From: Lentisphaerota bacterium
GTDB lineage: Bacteria > Verrucomicrobiota > Lentisphaeria > Victivallales > UBA1829
Assembly: GCA_015061565.1 (NCBI GenBank)
Contig: SUWI01000002.1
Coordinates: 1 to 62,964, forward strand
DNA length: 62,964 nucleotides
Direction: 5' to 3'
A program made the position numbers and the translations under genes. Positions 17,258-25,302 of the stretch are shown one piece after another (position 1 is the first letter of the stretch; each line of letters opens with the position of its first letter). Under the pieces are notes generated by a model. It was not told the DNA's origin. It searched no databases and saw only the letters and a program-made list of their open reading frames with translations.

Positions 17258-17989
17258 ATGAACCAAGTTCAAATCAGACCGTCCGTTCCGAAACGGAATC
17301 CGCAAAAGGGATTTTTTACTTTGATAGAGCTCCTCGTGGTGATCGCGATCATCGCGATCCTGGCGGGACTGCTCCTGCCGGCGCTGAACAAAGCCAAGCA
17401 GGCCGCCCAGCGGATCAGCTGTGTCAACAACCTGAAACAGATGCACGGCATCGTCATGGAATATACGAACATGTATGAGGTTGTCTTGACCGCGACCTAC
17501 AGTTGGTACAACTGGGGACAGCATCTGCTGAACGTCGGTGCCTTCGGCAGTTCTTATAAAGGGACGGAGAACGGATGTCCGAAATTCATGATATGCCCGT
17601 CTTTGGATCCGCAACAACTCGCAAAGCCCAAACTGAGTTCTACAGAGGCTTATTCTTATTCCATCAATACTGCGGTGTCCAAGCTGGCCGGCAGGACTGT
17701 GAACGACGGCATCATGGATTTTTGCAATCCGAAATCTTACACCAAGTATGCCAGTATCAAGCAGCCATCCAAAGTCGGCTGGCTGGGAGATTCTCTCAAA
17801 AGCTGTTACTTCACCTACAATGAAACCCAGTTCGACAATGCGATCGGCTGGCGGCATCGGACTTATGCAAACTTCCTTTATGTCGAAGGGCATGTCGAGC
17901 AGCATAGGTTGAGTGAATTCAAGCCTCTGGTGAACGGGTCCCGCTGGAGGCGTCCGTTCTTCAACTACTTCGATGGAAAATTCCAATAA
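17258..17989 (+). CDS. Prepilin-like N-terminal domain protein, DUF1559 / H-X9-DG family (cassette A)
   Basis: The start at MNQVQ follows AAGGAGAG. It has [45 protein letters not shown] and a C-terminal variant H-X9-(E)G motif, [13 protein letters not shown]. Confidence 0.85.
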   Translation: MNQVQIRPSVPKRNPQKGFFTLIELLVVIAIIAILAGLLLPALNKAKQAAQRISCVNNLKQMHGIVMEYTNMYEVVLTATYSWYNWGQHLLNVGAFGSSYKGTENGCPKFMICPSLDPQQLAKPKLSSTEAYSYSINTAVSKLAGRTVNDGIMDFCNPKSYTKYASIKQPSKVGWLGDSLKSCYFTYNETQFDNAIGWRHRTYANFLYVEGHVEQHRLSEFKPLVNGSRWRRPFFNYFDGKFQ

Positions 17990-18002
17990 GAGGAGTTGAA
18001 AA

Positions 18003-21000
18003 GTGAAGCTGAGATCCTTCCTCGCCGCACTGTTTGCCGGCGCGGTCCTGCCGGCTGCCGAATTCACCGTCCCACAAACCGCCAAAGCTCCGGTCATCGA
18101 CGGGAAGATTTCACAGGGTGAATGGAAAGATGCGCTGGTGATTTCCGGAACCGGAGCGACCATCGACCACCGCAAAGCGGACTTTTACCTGACCTGGGAC
18201 GAAAAGAACCTTTACGGCGCCGTGCGGGTGGAAACACCGCCGCGCGGCAAGCTGGTGAAGAACGCCGGAAACCATCCGGTGATGGATGATTCCGTGGAAT
18301 TCTGGTTCGATCCGCCGAAATCCGCCCGAACCATCGAACAGGGCAAGTTCGGGGAATTCCAGATGATCATCAGCAACGGCGGACGGATGGTGACCGATCA
18401 TCATAACCCCGGTTACGGTCTCCCCGTCCGCAAATGGGTCACCGGCGATATGAAAGTCGTCAACCGGATCGCCAATGATCAGTGGGTCTGTGAATTTTCC
18501 ATTCCCGCCAAAGCGTTCGGCATGACAAAACTGGACGATCTGGACTGGAAGATCCTTTCCTGCGTGAATTTCCAGTCGGCGCCGAAACAGCAGGTCCCGT
18601 TCCTGCCGGTCGCCGGGTTCATGAATTCCAACTCCTATCCGACCTACAAATTCCGGAAAGGCGCACCGGCGGTCCATCAGCTTTATGCCGGTCCCGACTC
18701 CCGGGTCCCGCTGAAATTCGAAGCCACCAAACCGTTGGGCTATGAAGCGCAAATCAACGGCAAGACCGTGCGCGGGAAACTCCCGGCGATGCTCTCCGCA
18801 ACAGCACCCGCCTCGCTATCTGTAAAGATTTCGGACGGAAGCAACGTGCTGTTCCAGCGCGATTTCAAGCTGGCAAAACTGCCCGCCCGGATCTGGAACA
18901 CCCCGGAATCCCATATCGTGCTGGAACAGGATTTCGAACAGGGCGTGAAGCATTTCATCGCCGCGCCGAAAAATGCCGAAGTATCCTCCAAAAAACTGCC
19001 GGTGCTGACAGAGGGACGCAAGGAAGGTTCGAAAGCGGTCTATCTTAAGGAAGGGGCCGCCAGTCTTTCCATCCGGAACGGAAAACTGCCGGTTCCAGGC
19101 AACATTTCCTTCTGGCTCCGCAAAGACGCCAAAACCAAAACGGGCTACGTCCGTTATTTCAGCACGGATTTCAGACCGAGCGGCTACATCGGACTGCAGG
19201 ACCATCCCGGCTTCCTGCTGCTTTTCCTGCACAATTTCCCGAAACAGAAGAACATCAATCTCATGGTCTCCCGCCGTCCGGTGCCGCAGTCCTGGACTCA
19301 TATCTCGATCAACGTCCAGCCCAAGCGGATCGAACTTTACTGCAACGGGATCAAGACGTCCGAGCAGGATCTGCCGGTCGAGATCAAAGGGGAAAAACTC
19401 GGTTCGATCATTTTCGGCGGCGGGAAAGGCGGCAGTTTTGCCATCGACGATTATGCGGTTTACGACCGCACCCTCGCGCCGAACGAGATCAAAGCCATGG
19501 CGCAGGGGGAATCCAAGGTTTCCGGTGAAATGGCCTGGTATCCTTCCCTGAATTCCATTGTCCTCGACCTTTCCTGCAATCCCAAACAGCTGAAAGGAAA
19601 AGATCTCATTCTTCAGGCCGCATCCAAAGCGGGAAAACAGATCTTCAGCGCAAAGATCCCGGTTGACAAGGGGAAACGGGTCGGCAGCGGCGACAAACAG
19701 CTGCTGATCCTGCATGAAGCGCTCAAACTGCCGGCAAAACCCGCCGACGGCAATTACATCATGACCGTCTCGCTGGAGGGATCCGAAGAAGCCCTGATGA
19801 CCAAGGAATTCGTCGTCAAGTCCTTCGATTGGCAGAACAACAAGATCGGCAAACGCGATGCGCTCCTGCCCGGATTCACCCCGCTGCAGGTCAAGGGCAA
19901 CGTGATTTCCGCCGTCCTGCGCGATTACACCATCGGCAAAAGCGGTCTGCCAGAACAGATCGTTTCGGAAAAGAAACAGATCCTCGCCGGACCGGTCACC
20001 GTGAATCTGGTCAAAGACGGCGAGACCCGGACCGCCGAAGGGAACACCGCAGTCCGTCCGGTGAAAAAGTCCGCCACCGCGGTGGTATATTCCGCCGCCG
20101 GCAAAGAAATGAAAGTGAGAGGCCGGATGGAGCAGGACGGTCTGCTCATCCTGGATCTGACCTTCCCCGCGAAGCTCAACGCCGACCGGGTCTATGTCGA
20201 TATCCCGGTCAAAAAGGAATTTGCGGAACTCTATCATCCGATCGGCGAACATATCCGTGCCAATCCTGCCGGTTTCACTCCGCCGGGCCAAGGCGTCATC
20301 TACAAGAGCCGCAGTCTGCAGCAGGTGAAGATCTCCAACTTCATCCCGTATCTCTGGCTGGGGACCGATACCCGCGGGATCTGTTACGCGGCCAACTGGG
20401 ACAAGGACTGGGTCCACTGCAAGGAGCGCGATGCGGTGGAGCTGTTCCGGCATCCGAACGGCGATGTCAGCATCCGGCTGAACCTGATCAATGCGCCGGT
20501 GAAATATCCGCGTCAACGGACGATCACGTTTGCCCTGCAGGCCTCCCCGGTGAAACCCATGCCGAAAGGCTGGCGCGGCTGGGCGGACGGTTTCAATTAC
20601 AAAGGCAATAAAAACTCGATCGCACTGGCCAGCAATCCTTACTGGGGCTGCTATTCGGCCTGGGCGGGACGCTATCCCGCCTTCAAGGATTTCGGATACA
20701 TCCGCAAGCTGGCGGAGACCGTGAAGACCGGCGCCATCGACAATGGCTACATCGACGAGTGGGTCGGCCGGATCCTGAAAAGTTCCCCGCGCGAGGCTCC
20801 CTGGGTCCATAACATGGCGCCTGCCGGCCGCCGCAATTTCGTCCAGGGCCATACCCGGGCGGCGTTCAACATGGCAAGATCCCTGCACGGCAAGAAAAAT
20901 CCGGTACTTTATTACTACACCTGCGATTCCGACAGCGCCGCCAGACTGCCCGAATATCCCGCCATGGCCGGGGAATGGTCCAGCTCTTCCACCGGTGCCT

Positions 21001-21842
21001 GCGGCTCCTACTCCGATTATGCCATCTATTACCTCGACAAAATGATCGAAGCGGGGATGCGCGGCATTTACGACGACAACACGTTCTTCCGCTGCAATTA
21101 TTCCTGGGCGACCGGCGATGCCTACATCGACGAACAGGGCGAGATCCGGCCCGGTCTGAACCTCTGGAACAGCCGCGAATACCACCGGCGGCAGATCGTG
21201 ACGATGCTCGACCGCGGGATCGAACCGTGGCTCACGGTCCACCATACCAACGCCAATATCCTGCCGACGCTCGGCTTCGCCACCAATTCCATGGGCATGG
21301 AATGGAAATACGGTTCCCATGATTTCCAGGAACGGTTCACTCCGGATTACATCCGCGCGGTCTGTCAGGGACTTCAGGGCGGACTTTATCCCACGGTCCT
21401 CGACGGCATCGTGATCGGCGCCAAAGAGAGCGGGAAACGCGTCTGGGCGACCCGCACCATGATCGCGTGTCTGATGCCGCATGAGATCCGGCCCACCATC
21501 CCGCGCGGCAGCAGTCAAAAGCTGATCGTCAAGTCTTACAATTACCTGTATGATTTCGGGATCTGGCAGGACGACTGCGTTTATACCGCCTACTGGGATC
21601 CGGCCAATCCGGTGAAATCCGCCGATCCGAAACTGCTGACCAGCACCTACCGGCGAGGCAAAAAACTGCTGATCGTCTGCGGCAGCTACACCGGCGACAT
21701 CACGGCGGAACTGACTTGCCGCGGGAAAGTGAAATCGGCGAGAAATCTGGAAACCGGCGAAGCGCTTTCCGTTTCCGGAAACCGGATCTCCTTCCCGCTG
21801 AAAAAGCATGATTTCATGCTGGTCGAAGCCGAACTGGAATAA
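18003..21842 (+). CDS. Giant secreted CBM9-like + LamG + putative glycoside-hydrolase protein (cassette A)
   Basis: 1279 aa. GTG start after GAGGAG. Signal peptide MKLRSFLAALFAGAVLPAAEF. CBM9/DOMON-like APVIDGKISQGEWKDA...DDSVEFWFDP. LamG-type DDYAVYDRTLAPNEIKAM. The C-terminal part shares FALQASPVKPMPKGW and GIYDDN with 43621..46386 and 56070..59960. The GH123/DUF4091-like call is from memory only. Confidence 0.8.
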   Translation: MKLRSFLAALFAGAVLPAAEFTVPQTAKAPVIDGKISQGEWKDALVISGTGATIDHRKADFYLTWDEKNLYGAVRVETPPRGKLVKNAGNHPVMDDSVEFWFDPPKSARTIEQGKFGEFQMIISNGGRMVTDHHNPGYGLPVRKWVTGDMKVVNRIANDQWVCEFSIPAKAFGMTKLDDLDWKILSCVNFQSAPKQQVPFLPVAGFMNSNSYPTYKFRKGAPAVHQLYAGPDSRVPLKFEATKPLGYEAQINGKTVRGKLPAMLSATAPASLSVKISDGSNVLFQRDFKLAKLPARIWNTPESHIVLEQDFEQGVKHFIAAPKNAEVSSKKLPVLTEGRKEGSKAVYLKEGAASLSIRNGKLPVPGNISFWLRKDAKTKTGYVRYFSTDFRPSGYIGLQDHPGFLLLFLHNFPKQKNINLMVSRRPVPQSWTHISINVQPKRIELYCNGIKTSEQDLPVEIKGEKLGSIIFGGGKGGSFAIDDYAVYDRTLAPNEIKAMAQGESKVSGEMAWYPSLNSIVLDLSCNPKQLKGKDLILQAASKAGKQIFSAKIPVDKGKRVGSGDKQLLILHEALKLPAKPADGNYIMTVSLEGSEEALMTKEFVVKSFDWQNNKIGKRDALLPGFTPLQVKGNVISAVLRDYTIGKSGLPEQIVSEKKQILAGPVTVNLVKDGETRTAEGNTAVRPVKKSATAVVYSAAGKEMKVRGRMEQDGLLILDLTFPAKLNADRVYVDIPVKKEFAELYHPIGEHIRANPAGFTPPGQGVIYKSRSLQQVKISNFIPYLWLGTDTRGICYAANWDKDWVHCKERDAVELFRHPNGDVSIRLNLINAPVKYPRQRTITFALQASPVKPMPKGWRGWADGFNYKGNKNSIALASNPYWGCYSAWAGRYPAFKDFGYIRKLAETVKTGAIDNGYIDEWVGRILKSSPREAPWVHNMAPAGRRNFVQGHTRAAFNMARSLHGKKNPVLYYYTCDSDSAARLPEYPAMAGEWSSSSTGACGSYSDYAIYYLDKMIEAGMRGIYDDNTFFRCNYSWATGDAYIDEQGEIRPGLNLWNSREYHRRQIVTMLDRGIEPWLTVHHTNANILPTLGFATNSMGMEWKYGSHDFQERFTPDYIRAVCQGLQGGLYPTVLDGIVIGAKESGKRVWATRTMIACLMPHEIRPTIPRGSSQKLIVKSYNYLYDFGIWQDDCVYTAYWDPANPVKSADPKLLTSTYRRGKKLLIVCGSYTGDITAELTCRGKVKSARNLETGEALSVSGNRISFPLKKHDFMLVEAELE

Positions 21843-21858
21843 TCCGTCCGGCTGCGTC

Positions 21859-21887
21859 TTGACAATCATCGCAAATGGCTGTATATT
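21859..21887 (+). promoter_or_regulatory. Near-consensus sigma70 promoter upstream of the GH-A gene
   Basis: TTGACA-N17-TATATT. It is overlapped by the inverted repeat AAATGGCTGT (21873-21882) / ACAGCCATTT (21900-21909). Confidence 0.5.
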
Positions 21888-21931
21888 CCAATAAAAATTA
21901 CAGCCATTTGTTTTTTAACCTGAGGTGAAAA

Positions 21932-23296
21932 ATGGAAAAGAAAGTGTTTTGCGCCGAGGCGGATTTCGATACTGCCGCCGGAACTTTCAACCGTGATCTG
22001 CATTCGTCCAATACCGCGCCGAATCTTTCCAACCGCGGGATCTGGGATTTCACGGAAGATTACAAAAAGATGAATTTCACCTGGTCCCGCACCCATGACT
22101 GGCCCCTCTGGAACGAAGGGGAGCGCGTGGTCGACACCCATTTCATCTTTCCGCTGATGCACCTCGACCCGGCCGATCCTGCCAACTATTATTTCGATGC
22201 GACCGATGAAATGATCCGCATCACGCAGGAAGCCGGCAGCAAGGTTTTCTATCGTCTCGGCACCAGCATCGAACATTCCGGACTCCGGCCCGAACAGAAA
22301 CATTTCAACTCCCTGCCCCCGACCGATTATGCCAAATACGCCGAAGCCCTTGCCGGCATCATCCGCCATTACACCCGCGGCTGGGCCAACGGTTTCAAGT
22401 ATGACATGCCTTACTGGGAGATCTGGAACGAGGCGGAAAACGATCCCACCTGCTGGAAAGGTCCTTACGAGGAATTCATCAAATTCTTCGTGGTTGTGCT
22501 CAAGCGTCTGAAACAGGAATTCCCCGAACTCAAGATCGGCGGTCCCGCCGCGACCGGTTACCGGGAAGATCTGCTGCGTCCCCTGCTCCGCGCCTGCCGC
22601 GAGGCCGGAGCCGCGCCGGATTTCATTTCCTGGCACGGCTACCGCTGCAATCCCATCGATTTCGCCGCCCAGCCCGCCAAAGCCAAAGCCATGCTGGCGG
22701 AAGAAGGATTCCCGCAGTGCGGGACCGCCATCACCGAATGGCATTATCTCGTGAGCTGGGACGGCATCCAGAAAAACATGACTCCGGAAAAGCGCAAACA
22801 GGCCGTCGAAGGTCCGGCGGGGATCATCGGCATCGATTCCGCCGTATTCAATCTCGCCGTGCTCTGCGCGTGGCAGGATACTCCGCTCGACCTGGCATTC
22901 TATTACGGAGCCAGACCCAAAGGCGGCAACTGGGGTTTCTACAACCTCTACGGATACAACCGCAATTTCCATTCCATGGTGATGTTCGGCGATTTCCTCA
23001 AGAACAACGAAAAGAGGATCAGAACCGTGAAACAAGCCGATTCGGTTTATCTGCTGGGCGGTCTCTCCGCCGACGGGAAACAGGGACAGCTGCTGATCGC
23101 CGATTACCGCGGCGCGGCCGAAACGCTGAGCGTGAAAATCACCGGCATGGAAAAGGCATCGGTCACTGCAGAACGTTTCGACCAGGATCACGATCCCGAA
23201 CCGGTCGAAGTGCAGTATGCCAATGGCGAACTGACCCTGCCGAAAACCGGACCCGGTTCAGCCGCCTTCCTCGTCACGTTCAAAGCGCGGGAATAA
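21932..23296 (+). CDS. Clan GH-A glycoside hydrolase (GH39-like), no signal peptide
   Basis: 454 aa. It has a YWEIWNEAEN acid/base-type motif (WNE). GAGGTG RBS. Confidence 0.7.
   Translation: MEKKVFCAEADFDTAAGTFNRDLHSSNTAPNLSNRGIWDFTEDYKKMNFTWSRTHDWPLWNEGERVVDTHFIFPLMHLDPADPANYYFDATDEMIRITQEAGSKVFYRLGTSIEHSGLRPEQKHFNSLPPTDYAKYAEALAGIIRHYTRGWANGFKYDMPYWEIWNEAENDPTCWKGPYEEFIKFFVVVLKRLKQEFPELKIGGPAATGYREDLLRPLLRACREAGAAPDFISWHGYRCNPIDFAAQPAKAKAMLAEEGFPQCGTAITEWHYLVSWDGIQKNMTPEKRKQAVEGPAGIIGIDSAVFNLAVLCAWQDTPLDLAFYYGARPKGGNWGFYNLYGYNRNFHSMVMFGDFLKNNEKRIRTVKQADSVYLLGGLSADGKQGQLLIADYRGAAETLSVKITGMEKASVTAERFDQDHDPEPVEVQYANGELTLPKTGPGSAAFLVTFKARE
23272..23296. repeat. Left copy of a 25-nt direct repeat (the last 25 nt of the GH-A gene)
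   Basis: CGTCACGTTCAAAGCGCGGGAATAA is identical to 24132-24156. Confidence 0.95.
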
Positions 23297-23309
23297 TAAA
23301 GGGCGCGGT

Positions 23310-24020
23310 TCAGTTTCCACGGCAGGCGTTGACAAAAGCGCCGAAGAATTTCTTCCTGTGTTCATCATCCGGGATCCGTTCCGGATGCCATTGCAGTCCG
23401 ATCCGGAAAAAGGGTCCGGGAAATTCGATCGCTTCGACCACATCCCCGCAGCGGGCGGTCACCTCGGCTCCCGGCGCAAGTTTTGCCGGATCGACCGCCT
23501 GATGGTGACAGGAATTGAGCAGCAGTTCCCGACAGCCGAAAACCGCCGCCAGGTGGGAATCCGGTTTCAGCAATGCACGGTGGAACTGATCGCCGCCGCT
23601 GCGCCGATGATACGGGGTCAATTCCCCCAGATCAGCCAGAATGCCCCCTCCGTTGCCGACATTCATTTCCTGCATCCCCAGACAGATCCCGACCAGCGGC
23701 AGCGGACGCTGAAACGCCATCCTGACCAGTTTCAGATGGTTCACTGCCACCGTTTCCGGCAGCGGCCGGATCTTCGGATGCGGTTCGCCTCCGTAAAAAT
23801 GCGGCGGAATGTCCGTGCCGCCGATAAACAACAGGCCGTCCAGCATGTCCAGATACTGTTCGAGCGTTCGATCGTCGGCAAAAGCCGGGATCGAGACTGG
23901 CAGCCCCCCGGCTTCCACAATGGCCAGATCATATTTATGGGGACGCACATACCAATCTCCGGCGACGCCGGCACATGGTTCCAGCAATGTCGTCAACCCA
24001 ATTCGGGGTGCAGATTTCAT
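23310..24020 (-). CDS. Class-I glutamine amidotransferase, peptidase C26 / gamma-glutamyl-GABA hydrolase-like
   Basis: I chose the start at MKSAPRIGLTT (ATG 24020, GGAGGA upstream, own promoter); the ORF-track ORF extends to 24143 through a repeat element. Catalytic-triad motifs: GICLGMQEMN, HHQAV, LQWHPE. Confidence 0.85.
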   Translation of the reverse strand: MKSAPRIGLTTLLEPCAGVAGDWYVRPHKYDLAIVEAGGLPVSIPAFADDRTLEQYLDMLDGLLFIGGTDIPPHFYGGEPHPKIRPLPETVAVNHLKLVRMAFQRPLPLVGICLGMQEMNVGNGGGILADLGELTPYHRRSGGDQFHRALLKPDSHLAAVFGCRELLLNSCHHQAVDPAKLAPGAEVTARCGDVVEAIEFPGPFFRIGLQWHPERIPDDEHRKKFFGAFVNACRGN

Positions 24021-24057
24021 TTTCGGATCGATCCTCCGTTGGTTTGGTTCTTCCGGT

Positions 24058-24086
24058 AATATAACTGCCGCCACGGAAAATGCAAA
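24058..24086 (-). promoter_or_regulatory. Candidate promoter of the amidotransferase gene
   Basis: The minus strand reads TTTGCA-N17-TATATT. Confidence 0.45.
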
Positions 24087-24098
24087 CATCCAGCAGGT

Positions 24099-24128
24099 CA
24101 GCGCGAACTGATACGGAAAATATGGAGA
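24099..24128. repeat. Solo copy of the left arm of the 15675 element
   Basis: CAGCGCGAACTGATACGGAAAATATGGAGA matches 15672-15701 at 28 of 30 positions (hand count). Confidence 0.85.
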
Positions 24129-24131
24129 TCG

Positions 24132-24156
24132 CGTCACGTTCAAAGCGCGGGAATAA
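24132..24156. repeat. Right copy of the 25-nt direct repeat
   Basis: Identical to 23272-23296. Confidence 0.95.
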
Positions 24157-24169
24157 ATCTCCGAACGGC

Positions 24170-25273
24170 TTACGCATCCAGACGCCAGGAGGCGCAGCGC
24201 AGCAGGGCGACACCTTTATCCGGACGGAATTCATACCACGCGGTCACCAGGGAACCGTCGGACAGTTCCGCGGTAGATGTGTATCCCAAATCAACCGTGG
24301 CGCCGTCATCCGAAATCAGCAAAGGTTCGGACCAGCTTTCTCCTTCATCGCTGCTGATCCGGCAACGGCTGCCGAAAGGCTTCTGCCGGCAACCGTAACT
24401 CAGCAGCAGACGGCCGTCCCGGAGCTTCAGCAGGTGCGGAGGATAACCTTCGGCAATCTGATGCAGACCCTGCCAGCTTTTCCCGCCGTCCGTGGAAGTG
24501 ATCTGCCAGGTGGAGCTCCGGTAACGGATATGGGTGATGAGCTTGCCGGAATCCGTTTCCACCGTATGTATTTCATGCCATTCCCGCAGCTGCTGTTCTC
24601 CGAAGTCACCGGTTTTGAAGCGGGAAATTTCCTGCCAGGTCAGGCCGTCGTCATCGGAGCGCAGACAGACCATTTCCTCGGCAAAAGCCGCCTGCTGCAT
24701 GCAGTTGGAGCTGTACGCCCGCCCGCAGTAAAACAGCGAACCGTCCCGCAGGATGATCGGGCCATGGACATTGTTCACCGGGATGCGGTATTTGTCGCTC
24801 CAGGTTTTTCCTCCGTCGGTCGAACGCAGCATGAAGAAACCATGCTCCCGCCGGATATCGCCGACGGTGATCGAATCTTCAACCGGGGCCCAGTGCGCCT
24901 GGGCGCCGTTCCGATCCCCATGGGCAGCAAAAGCCAGGCTGGTGAAATAGTTGACCAGCCACGTCCCGGCCGGAGTGACGATGATTCCCGCGTCACGGTC
25001 ATCCAGCGGACCGCTGCTCAGTTTTCGCGGTTTGCTCCAGCTTTTCCCTCCGTCCGGGCTGACATAAAGGAGAACCCGGCCGAAGGGGTCGACATGAGCT
25101 TCACGCCCGCCCGAACATACCAGTGCCAGACGGTCATTCCCCATATTGGCTATAGTCGGCCAGCCATGGTAAGTCAGCCGGTCATCCGTTTCGATCCACT
25201 GCCTGTCCATTACTTTAAAACCGATATGCTTTCCATTGCAGGACCGACCTTTTTCAGCAGTTTTTTCAGACAT
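24170..25273 (-). CDS. BNR/Asp-box repeat protein, exo-alpha-sialidase-like (cassette B)
   Basis: 367 aa with five Asp-boxes: SPDGGKSWS, STDGGKTWS, SDDDGLTWQ, STDGGKSWQ, SSDEGESWS. Confidence 0.8.
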   Translation of the reverse strand: MSEKTAEKGRSCNGKHIGFKVMDRQWIETDDRLTYHGWPTIANMGNDRLALVCSGGREAHVDPFGRVLLYVSPDGGKSWSKPRKLSSGPLDDRDAGIIVTPAGTWLVNYFTSLAFAAHGDRNGAQAHWAPVEDSITVGDIRREHGFFMLRSTDGGKTWSDKYRIPVNNVHGPIILRDGSLFYCGRAYSSNCMQQAAFAEEMVCLRSDDDGLTWQEISRFKTGDFGEQQLREWHEIHTVETDSGKLITHIRYRSSTWQITSTDGGKSWQGLHQIAEGYPPHLLKLRDGRLLLSYGCRQKPFGSRCRISSDEGESWSEPLLISDDGATVDLGYTSTAELSDGSLVTAWYEFRPDKGVALLRCASWRLDA

Positions 25274-25302
25274 TTCCGCAAAACTCCCTGGTTCATGGAT
25301 GA

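Noticed and set aside
17258-17989. The DUF1559 genes considered as components of a type IV pilus or type II secretion operon.
   Set aside because: No secretin, assembly ATPase, platform protein or prepilin peptidase gene is nearby. Each copy is instead the first gene of a glycan-enzyme operon. Four of the five lack Gly(-1).
18816-21869. 1017-aa minus-strand ORF. Similar very long antisense ORFs occur at 39072-42149 (-), 42403-45645 (+), 25582-27831 (+), 27897-29744 (+), 48588-50414 (+), 50805-51881 (+), 56097-57464 (+), 58332-59966 (+), 34791-36416 (-), 2749-4161 (+) and 13391-14305 (-).
   Set aside because: Each lies exactly opposite a gene with clear motifs, a signal peptide and an RBS. 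Their translations are repetitive and R/G/D/F-rich, and they lack plausible starts with an SD. I treat them as codon-bias shadows, not overlapping genes.
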